Shown here one piece after another: positions 54,192-64,000 of a DNA stretch of 64,000 nucleotides. Both the position numbers and the translations under genes were made by a program. Below the pieces are notes generated by a model. The model saw nothing but the letters and a program-made list of their open reading frames with translations, was not told the origin of the DNA and made no database searches. Numbering within the stretch: position 1 is the stretch's first letter; the number at the start of each line of letters is the position of its first letter. Location: contig JAQFVV010000003.1 in the NCBI GenBank assembly GCA_028023455.1, forward strand, positions 7,688,001 to 7,752,000, read 5' to 3'. This stretch comes from Epiperipatus broadwayi. Its lineage: Eukaryota; Animalia; Onychophora.

Positions 54192-54309
54192 ACGTTTTTA
54201 TCATAAATCTAAAGATGATCAAATATTTCAATACTGGCGAGAAGCAGATTTTGGTTTTATATGGGAAAGAAAAAATGAATTGAAAGTTTTTTGTAAACCA
54301 AGGAAAGAG
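54192..54309 (+). CDS. EOGT: EOGT coding exon 3
   Basis: tttttAG|...|GTAAAA; phase matches exon 2; RFYHKSKDDQIFQYWREADFGFIWERKNELKVFCKPRKE matches EOGT W.QADFGY..ER..E..V.C.P. Confidence 0.9.
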
Positions 54310-54961
54310 GTAAAAAAAATTTGACAATTTATTTCAAACATTTTAAAACTCAATTTTTGTTTAACTGTGTTTATTTTTCAATGTTTTTAAATTTGTTTTA
54401 TATATCATAAAACATATATATATATATTATGATTACTCATTTTTTATCTTTCAATAAATTACAAATAAAATGAGAACTAAAAATAATTAATTTACATCTT
54501 TAAAGAAAATACATATATAGAGGAGATACATTTACAAACTAATAACACCCACACAATAATTATGTGTATATTAACACACATACACGTACAAGTATACATA
54601 TATTTTACATTAAACTGTTTTTGAGATGAGGTATTATGATATAAAATGATTTTTTCTTAGATGAAATCAGAAATTTCTTTTTCTAAATAGGTAAATAAAA
54701 TAAAAAAATTACTCCCTCTTCCCAATTATCTCTTCAAATATTTCCCAACTCCTTGTAGCTGATTTTAATGAAAACTTGTAGTAGTTGTAATACTTTGCTT
54801 TTATATTGTTTATTTTTGTCATAAATTCGTGAATTTATAAAAAAAAATCTTTATCTCTTTACTTCTATGTTTCATCCACTTTTTATACACTTTTTCTTAA
54901 TTCTTTTAATATCTTATTTTTAAAAAAGAAATATTCAGCACTATTTCTCCTATCTCCAAAT

Positions 54962-55130
54962 ACAGGCAAAACTCTCTATACATATTGCCACTCAGTGCAA
55001 GCCAGAGTAATCAATGGATGCCAGAAGGCTTGTGCATAAAATCCCCATCTAGTGCCTACTCATCCAATATTCCAAAACTAGTTTCTGGCTTGTGGCCATC
55101 ATCAGTGAGGAGCCTTGGATCTGCATTTTT
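54962..55130 (-). mobile_element. Family A copy with the most complete HHR core
   Basis: 55071-55110 (-): CCTCA-CTGATGA-TGGC(CACAA)GCCA-GAAA-CTAG-TT-TTGGA. Confidence 0.85.
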
Positions 55131-55599
55131 TTATAATGTTTTTAAGGTAATTCTTACAACATAAATGGGATCTATCTCTCTCATGAAAACTAGGCTCAAG
55201 TTAACCATTAAATACTCTTTTAAAAAGTTTGCATTGCTCATTTCCTTTACATGCCCAGTCTAATGAAGGTATGCTTTTACAGTAGTGGACTTTATGGTAT
55301 CACATCCTGTAAATCAAATAACATTGATTGGTTTTATAATTTTGCTATTGTAGTTTTAAAGTTTTACAGTGCATTCTTAAATGAAACTTTTCTAATGTCT
55401 TTATATTGTGCCAATAGGTTGTACAAGTTTACTTTCATAAAATGAATTATGTAATTTAACAGACTCTGTATACAGCTAATTCAGTTGCAATAGTTGTTAA
55501 AAGCAGCAATAGCAGCACATTATCATTTGTTTTAACATCTAAGTTTACCTTTTTATGAATAAAACAACTACGGTGCTAAAATTGGTTTACATTCCTAAG

Positions 55600-56790
55600 T
55601 TGATAATCATCCAAACTAAATGTTGCTGCTGATTTTTCTTCTGCTGTCTAATAAATGACTTAAATTTTTTAAACATTAATTAATAAACCAAAGTCTTTAT
55701 ATACTGCATTCAAAACAGTAAGTGTATTCCATAAATTGTTTTTCAAACTGGCAAAAATAGCACAATCATCAATAATAGTGTAAATCCAGAATCCAAGAAG
55801 TTTTTATTTTTATATTTAATTGTTTGAAATTAAAGCTATATTGTATCTTAATCCCTGTTTGATTAAATTGCCACATAATTCCAAAGATCCTTGTTTAGTC
55901 ACATTTTATTTAAAATGCATCATATTTCCCACCTGAAGTAGTACTACTTCCTCTTGTTCCAACAATACCATAGACATGTCCTATTAATTGAATCAAATGC
56001 TTTGACCAAATTAATGAAAGCAATATATACAATCCTCCTTTGTTCCTGACATTTTTCTTGTATATACCTGGCAAAAAGAACGTGTGTATGGTGCTTTTTG
56101 ATTCTTTAAACCATATTAAATCTCTGATAAATATTCATCTATCACTAAAAGCCACTTATTCAATAAAATTCTTGAAAGTACCTTTGCTGTAGTGGATAAT
56201 AGTGATATTTTATAATAATAATAATAATAATAACATCAATATTATCTATTCTCTTTATTTTCAAAAATTGAAATAATCAAAGCATCTTTAAAATTAGGTA
56301 GCACAACTTTCTTGGGTTCATATTAGCCCTAAAAAATTTCAATATTTTTGAAATTAACATATTACTATCATAATTTAAAATTTCTCCAGTATTTCATTTT
56401 GTTCATCTATACAATTATTTGAGTATATGTTTTCTCATTATTATCATTATAAAGGTACACTGTTTCACTATATATATATATACATCATCATTATTATTAT
56501 TATCAAATATTAAAGTCATGTCAAGATCCTGTTAAAACAATCCATTCCAACAACCTTTTGTTTGTGCAGTTTTTTGTTTCATAAAAATATTTCTGCCAGA
56601 ATGCAATTGCCCTTTCTCAATATTGAACTTTGATATTTTCATTCTTCTATATATTTTATCATCCCAAAGCATCCCATGATTCCTGTAGATTTGCAATAAT
56701 GGTAATCTCATTTTATTCAGACCGGAACCATCTGAAATGAACTGTAGGCATTTGCATATCACACTTTGATCAAAAAGTCAAAAGGTAACT
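55600..56790 (-). mobile_element. Decayed RTE/BovB-like LINE
   Basis: YIQEKCQEQ...YIAFINLVKAFDSINR..LW (~55960-56080); IDDCAIFA...AVYKDFGL (~55690-55780). Confidence 0.7.
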
Positions 56791-56844
56791 ACAATTAATT
56801 TATTACAAAACTCATATTTTTCTTTATTTTGCTGTACTATCCTA

Positions 56845-57131
56845 TAAATACAATTTATCCAAACCACTTCAAATACTTTTTAGCAAAACTCTTTATTTGT
56901 ACATATATACACACACCTACATTTCGACTGTCCTGCAGTCTTCTTCAGAGCCAGTTCACTTTAATCTCTTAAAATTAATTTATTAGCTGTATATAAATAT
57001 ATTTTAAGAGATTAAAGTGAACCGGCTCTGAAGAAGACTGCAGGACATTTGAAACGTAGGTGTGTGTATATATGTACAAATAAAGAGGTTTTATAAAAAG
57101 TGTTCAAAATGGTTTGGATAAATTGTATTTA
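56845..57131. mobile_element. Compact fold-back of two H1-type pLTR arms, each with a hammerhead
   Basis: ~130 bp arms. Minus copy 56915-56951 has CTGAAGA-A-GACTG(CAGGA)CAGTC-GAAA-TG-TA; plus copy 57025-57061 has stem II CATTT and GAAACGTA. Confidence 0.85.
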
Positions 57132-58979
57132 CAATTAATTTATAACTTAAGTTATTAAAATGTATAATTGTCAGATATATATATAGTGTTGCAAACAATT
57201 TGATTTGGATAAAGTTTTGAGCAATAAACTTTTAAAATGATGTGATATAATTAAAATGACCTGTTGTAGTGCTTGCCACTGATAAAAACTAGAAATTAGT
57301 CTTCATATCCATTTTGTCACAATCCTTTATAAATCTTCAAACTAAACAATCATATTATTTACCATATTTTGTTTCAAAAAAAAAAAAAGGCATTTATATC
57401 AAAAAAGATTCATTCCAACAAAAGTAGTGATTTTAATGTGAAATTTTTTTTTAGTATTGTTTTAAAATCTAGAAAATTGAAATTTGTACAAAGATGTTAA
57501 GATCTTATATAAACCTATTTTAGGTTTTGTTTTTTGAAAAATGTGAAAGCACATATGGCATATAGATTAACATGAGTTTTTTCCATATCTTTCACATAAA
57601 AATTATGATTGCCATTGTCATTGCATTGAAGTTTTTAAAATTGATGATGAAAGTAGAGATTGATCCTAGTCAAAAAACAATGACATTAAATCATTCTGAA
57701 AGAATATGATTGTATAAAATTTAATTGATATAGAATAGTCATAGAAAGACTTTCCAGCTGTTTTGAAATAAAATATAAATTTTTGTGCTGAATTTAATAA
57801 ATACTGAATTTTATTTTAAATACTAAGTTCTAATATTGTTCAACAATATTTTAACTTTTTAAATTTGAGATAAATCTTAGCTCATTTGACAAATTAGGTT
57901 TTTAGTAAAATGCAGATGTAATAAAAAATTGGTTTGAAAACTTTTGCACCAAGCAATAGTTTACAACTTGTAACAAGTCTGTAGAAGTGTGTCATAAATC
58001 TACAAGATTTGCTTAGTTACAAATAATTATCAAGCACATTTGTTTAATTTATTACATATATAGTCCTTGCACTTTCATATTTCTGTTCTGTTCAATATTG
58101 TAATGTTGATAATTATCCCCATATATTATGAACTACGAATAATGATGAGATTGATAGATTAAATACTATACATGTATATGAATGATTACAAAATATTTAA
58201 TTTCCAAAATCAGATTGATTGTATTTAAGAAGTAAGTAAAATCTTGAAGAATGAATGGGTTAAATACCATATATGTACATGAATAATTGCTAAAACTTTT
58301 AGCCTTCAAAATCAAATTGATAATAGAAAAGTCTGATTATCATTTCTGTCAGAAAGTTCATATGTTTCCAATCTTTAGTTCACCTAATGAATTTGAGTTT
58401 ATGATGAAATGCACATCTAGAAGAATTTACATTAAATAATAATTCAAGATTTGTAACAAGCTTGGAAATGTGCTTTGCAAATCTGAAAGACTTTAATGGT
58501 TACAGTTTTTATCAGATTCACTTATTAATTTATTAGCTGTATATAAATATATTTTAAATTCTCTGACCAAAAGCAGATTGAATAACTAGACATTAGGAAA
58601 TAACATTTGATCATCATTGATAGTAGTAAGTTATTGCTTACCACTATCCAGATGCAATTTACTCTAGCATTTCAGGTTTAGATTTACATTAGGGATATAT
58701 TAAACAAAATCTATTTAGAGATGTATACCAATAAAAAATATGAAATATAAAAAGCCATAATAAAAATAATATAAAAAAGCCATTATTTAAAATAACAACA
58801 TTATCCAATATAAATATTTTATTATACATAAGTCAGAAACAATTATTTATAAAGAGCTATAGAAATTTAAATGTTTATAAAATTTTCATACAACAATAAG
58901 AATTTTTCTGGATCAAAAATATGGAGGAAGACTCTGGATATCTGAAATATATGGTCTTTTAAGTATTTATACAACTTAA

Positions 58980-60055
58980 AAAATGTAATATAATGAGCAT
59001 GCTAATAGTTTTTAACAAGTTTTTCCAAATATCCCTATCCCCAAAGCAGTTTCAAGCTGTTGGCTGTCATCAGTGAGGTTCTAGGAAATACAGACATTAG
59101 ATTTAAAAATACCAGCTCATGCCCAGCATTTATCTAATAGTTAATTATTAAGTAGAAAATCTGAAAACTTCAGATATCTTTATGTTTTCAAATACAGCTA
59201 TCTAACTTAAATAGCCATATGGGATTAAACTAGATTCAGATACACCATACATTAATAGCTTTAGGAATATAACATCACCAAAGTCTCGAGCAAAACTATA
59301 ATAGTAAGAAAAATAGAATCATACATCATGTGACTTAGTTTAATAAGCTCGTACTACAAATGTAATATAATGAGCGTGCTAATAGCTTTTAACAAGCTTT
59401 CTGAATATTCCTATCCCCAAACTGGTTTCAAGCAGCTGACTATTATAAGTGAGGCACTAGGATATTAGATCTAAAAATACCAGCTCAAACTCAGCATTTA
59501 TCTGATAGTTAACTATTAAGTAGAAAATCTGAAATTTTCAGACATATTCAGAACATATTTAAAGGATATTTGGAAAAGCTTGTTATGAGCTATTAATAAC
59601 ATGCTCATGATAATACATTTGTAGTACAAGCTTATTAAATTAAGTCACATGATGTATAACTTGATTTTTCTTACTACTATAGGTTTACCCTTGAGACTTT
59701 GATGATATTATATTGCTAAAGCTATTAATATATGGTGTATCTAAACTTAGTTCAGTCCTATATGGCTATTTAAGTTAGATAGCTGGATTTGAAGATATAT
59801 AAATGTCTGAAAATTTCAGATTTCTATATTATAGTTAACTATTAGATAAATGCTGGGCTTGAGCTGGTATTTTTAAATCTAATGTCTGAATATTCTAGTG
59901 CCTCACTGATAATAGCCAGCAGCTTGAAACCAGTTTAGGGATAAGGATATTCAGAAAAGCTTGTTAAGAGCTATTAGCACACTCATTATATTACATTTGT
60001 AGTACAATGTTATTAAATTAAGTCATATGATGTATGACTTGATTTTGCTTACTAA
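58980..60055. mobile_element. Family B (diverged relative of A): tandem ~377-bp HHR monomers joined to an inverted arm
   Basis: TAATGAGC.TGCTAATAG at 58991 and 59368; HHR motifs at 59039-59078 (-), 59415-59454 (-) and 59901-59940 (+). Confidence 0.85.
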
Positions 60056-63000
60056 TTTATAAAATATAATATTGTAATAAATCCATCAATTTTATTTATA
60101 TAGGATATTACCTTTTCTGTTGATTTCTTCTGACTTGATTTATTGTTTTTCTAAAAAAAAACTTGATCTTATATTTGGATCAAATAGAAATTTCTTACAT
60201 TTTACAAATCTCAAATTCAACCTGTTAACAGAAATGAAGGAGCATATGAATCAACTTTTCTTCTAGCATATTGATACATATACATATAAAGATAATAATA
60301 AATAAATAAAAAATACTTGTAGAATTAAAAGATTTATCTTTTAAATACAGAACTAAAAAATAGTTAGAAGTTATAAGATTACAAAAAAGATTATATTCTA
60401 ATTATAGCGAAAAGTAAAATTAGTGATAACGAGATGCCATTGGTAACAAGAATTTGAATCTCATAATAACTCGTTAATTAAAGTTAACAAAAGGTAAAGC
60501 ATTCTGGAATCCAACATGTGTGCACTTAGACAAGTAACTACTTTATCTGATGAGCAGGAATATCAGCCAATCAGCTGTAGGAAGAAAACAATGGAAGAAG
60601 ACATACAAGCTGGAGAAGAAAAAAGAAGGAAGTTATCAAGGAGCATATCAACTGGAGATGGACACAAATTTGGATGCTGAATGTCACCATTTGCACAGTA
60701 GCTTCTAGAGTGGATAGCTTGCCTCCAGACATGAGAGAGCAAGATAGGGACTGAACAGATCAGAACGATTTTTATTATTATTTTGTATGCCTATGGGCTT
60801 ATGTGTATATATGTATATAAAATGTAAAGTTACTCTAATATTTATTGTCAGTTAATGTATTAAACTATTGTGTGTTAAATTTATTAAATGCACTGCATTT
60901 AACTGAAGTAGTGTTGAGTTATTATTGGGTAAACTATTGGAATTCTGTCATGGAACAGTAAGCTCCCCAATAAGGATCCAGGCCATAAGATTTAGTAAGG
61001 TGCAGACATAACCCGTATATTTTTCAAAATAATTATTTGCCTTATTAACAATTCATCTCTTAAATTAATCTATCTTATCATTATTAATTTACTTATCTCA
61101 GTTTCTCCTACAAATATTGCTTATAGTTTAGTCTTCTTGTGAACTTGGTTCACTAATATCTCCATCTAAAAGTATTCAACATACTATTTCTCACTATTCT
61201 TATACTATTCATCCCAACTCACCAATCTCTGTATGTTGTGTGTGCTACTAATATATGGAACTTTTTTTATCTTTAATATTTTATTTTTCATGTAATATTC
61301 AGTTCTTCAAAAATAATGTTGACAAATATCTTTTCTTTTTTTTTTTATTAACAATACTATTTTTTAAATAACTGATTCATACTTTTGTAAGTTGCTGACA
61401 GTAAAAAAAAGAAAAGCAATACAAGTCTCTGGGAAGGAAATAGATTTGACTGATCCAATTCTTAATGTGGCCAAAGAAATAGTTAAAGGTAATCTTGATG
61501 CTTATGTAAGACTGACATCATGAATGGTTATTAAAAGTGATGGTCTAATAATTAAAGTATAAAGTTAACAAATTTGATAATCATATCAATACAAAACTGT
61601 AGATATGAAGAATAATTGATATAATCGAACTAGATTGCCTCTGTATTTGCTACATTAAACATGCTTCTACATCTATCTACTTGGACTGTTTCTTTGTTTA
61701 AATGAAGTGCTGCTTCATTTGCTTGATTGAAAATTTCATTGGGCTTACCCAACAGATGGTATTTTTATAATAGTTTATTAGAGGGATATTTTGTGTGGAT
61801 TTAGAACAATAGTAGATTGATAAACTCAAAAAGTAAAAATCCATCAGATTGAAACTATGGCACTTTCTTCTCTGATATGTCACATGACTTTTAGAACTAC
61901 TTACCATTTAATTATTATATTGAAACAGACACACTGTTTCATGTATATGTTTAGAAGATCCCCCCCCCAATTAAAAAGACTAATAACATTTTAAGGAAAA
62001 GAAGTAATGAAATTTGACCGCAATTAAAATGATAATTTGTTAATTCATAACGATTTGGTCAAATGAAAAGAAAATCCAATTTTTCAAAATAAAATAAAAA
62101 AAGAAAAAAGCAAATATGTTTATATTTGCAATTAAAGAAAGTATAAATCTTTCTTTATTAAAATTAAATTAAAAAAATCTTCAAACATTAAAACTCAGAT
62201 TGAAGAAAACTTCTAAGACACAATAACTCTAGGTGTCAAATCACCGTGCCGCAGGCAATAAAAAATTAAGATTCGAAAACACATGAAAACAGATAATCGA
62301 AAATAGTCACTAATTAAAAGTCTGTTCCCACTAAAGAGAAACTGTCCAATGATCTGGGGGATTAAAAAATGCGGACAAAGATGAAAAAGCTGCTATCAAT
62401 TGGAGAAAAGAGACATGAAAGGTAAATCCATTTGTTAGAGAGAAAAAAATATAAATAGTGTGGAAAATCAGTAGATTATTATAGTTGATTGATTCAAAGA
62501 TACAAGATTCATGAATTGATACAAGATTTAGCTACTAGACTACTAGAAAAGTGATTTAGTGGAACTATCAATTAGCCTAATGAAAAATCATCATAATGTG
62601 ATCTTTGGTTAGACTACTAATGTTCTCTCTATCTGCCCACCATGTGAACTCCAAACCTTGCCTAGAAGTTTTAATGTGCTATTCAAGACAGATCCCCACT
62701 TATTTAGTAATGCAGTAATAAATAAAGACATGAAATTTAGAGTAAGCAATTAGAAATGATTCAATTACAATAAAATATGAATTAAAATTATAGCTATTAA
62801 TTTTTATAAAACAAAAGAGAGAAAATGTTATATTATCAGTCTTAAGAAAAGTTTTCACAATCAATTATTAACTTCAGTCAAAAGTTGACGATAGTTTTTT
62901 TTTATCTTTATTTAAAAATGAAAACAAGAAATGAAAATCATTATTATTTAATTAAAAACACTCACATATATGTGTGTTATGCATTTCATTAGTTAAACAC

Positions 63001-63109
63001 CAATTATTTCATAAAATTTAAGATATGTTCAAATAATAGAAATACTTCTAATAATAATTGTAATAATTATTTCAAATGAACCAGCTAAATGGAAATGTCA
63101 ATCAAAGAT

Positions 63110-64000
63110 ATGGTAAAAATAATAAAATGCTATATGAATCATAAATACTTACGTGTGTGTTATCTATTAATGTTCCACAAACATGGGATTGCTGATATTA
63201 CCTGCTTACCTACTTGTAATGATTCTTAAAAATAATAAAATGCTATATGAATCATAAATACATATATGCATATTAACTATATCTTAATAAAATAATAAAA
63301 TGTATGTGTATAAATATACATATATACTGGATTGGATTATAAATGCTTGACAAACATGGAATTGCTGATATTACCAGCTTACCTACCTGTAATGATTCTT
63401 AAAAATAATAAGATGTTATATGAATCATAAATGCTTTTGGGCGTGTTATATATATCTTAATAAAATAACACGTATGTGTATAAATATACATCTACCTGAA
63501 ATGCTTTCACAAACCCGGAATAATAATTGCAATATTGATATTATCTGTACATCTACTCAAAATGTTTCTACAGACCCGGAATAATAATTGCAATACTGAT
63601 ATTATCTGTACATCTACCTGAAATGCTTTCACATACCTGGAATAATAATTATACTCCTGATATTATCTGCACATCTACTCAAAATATTTCTACAGATCTG
63701 GAATAAATGATTACAAACATTAATGTATTAATATAATATGTATACCTACTTGAAATGCTTTTACATACCTGGAATAATAATTGTAATACTGATATTATTT
63801 GTTCATCTACTTTAAATGCTTCTATAGACTTGAAATCAATAGTCAAAAACATTTATTTATAAATTATGTGTGTGTACCTGCTTAAAATGCTTCTACAGAC
63901 CTGGAATAAATGGTAAAAACATTTGCTTATTAATTGTATACGTATATCTATCTGAAATGCTTCTGTCAACATCAGAAGATAATTATGAACACTTATATAT
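63110..64000. repeat. Complex tandem array including 61-bp units in A/B alternation
   Basis: CATCTAC at 63489, 63550, 63611, 63672; preceded by longer imperfect duplications at 63115-63480. Confidence 0.85.

Noticed and set aside
60480-60530. CTGATGA-GC...GC followed by CAAT
   Set aside because: GAAA absent and no stem I or III; not a hammerhead.
61625-61700. SIYLD peptide as a possible next EOGT exon
   Set aside because: Lacks the expected SSLxCSxYLxxCR context and convincing splice sites.
63110-64000. Regularly spaced repeats as a CRISPR-like array or coding repeat
   Set aside because: Whole units are repeated with no unique spacers, 61 bp is not a multiple of 3, and the context is eukaryotic.

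Overview
Very AT-rich, CpG-depleted eukaryotic genomic DNA, most likely from an invertebrate animal; the species cannot be told from sequence alone. No rRNA, intact tRNA or CRISPR array was seen. The one recognisable host gene is an EOGT-like O-GlcNAc transferase on the + strand (coding exons 37808-37966, 41791-41888, 54192-54309, continuing past the window). Most other recognisable sequence is decayed transposons: RTE LINEs, an Ingi/Vingi-like LINE, a hAT transposase, a mariner, a Mag-type Gypsy, a hAT MITE and Penelope-like elements (PLEs). The most striking signal is about 17 intact-to-degenerate type I hammerhead ribozyme (HHR) motifs of about five sequence types. Most lie in fold-back insertions. 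One family is non-coding, with tandem monomers of about 380-440 nt, one HHR per monomer, a fixed 3' end, 5' inversions and 11-13 bp target-site duplications (TSDs). It looks like a non-autonomous retrozyme-like element mobilised by PLEs. Also notable are a PLE with an apparent 148-nt GT-AG intron in its RT-endonuclease linker plus an inverted 5' segment, and a candidate HDV-like ribozyme at the exact 5' end of a TSD-bounded RTE. All folds and protein assignments were made by eye, without database searches.
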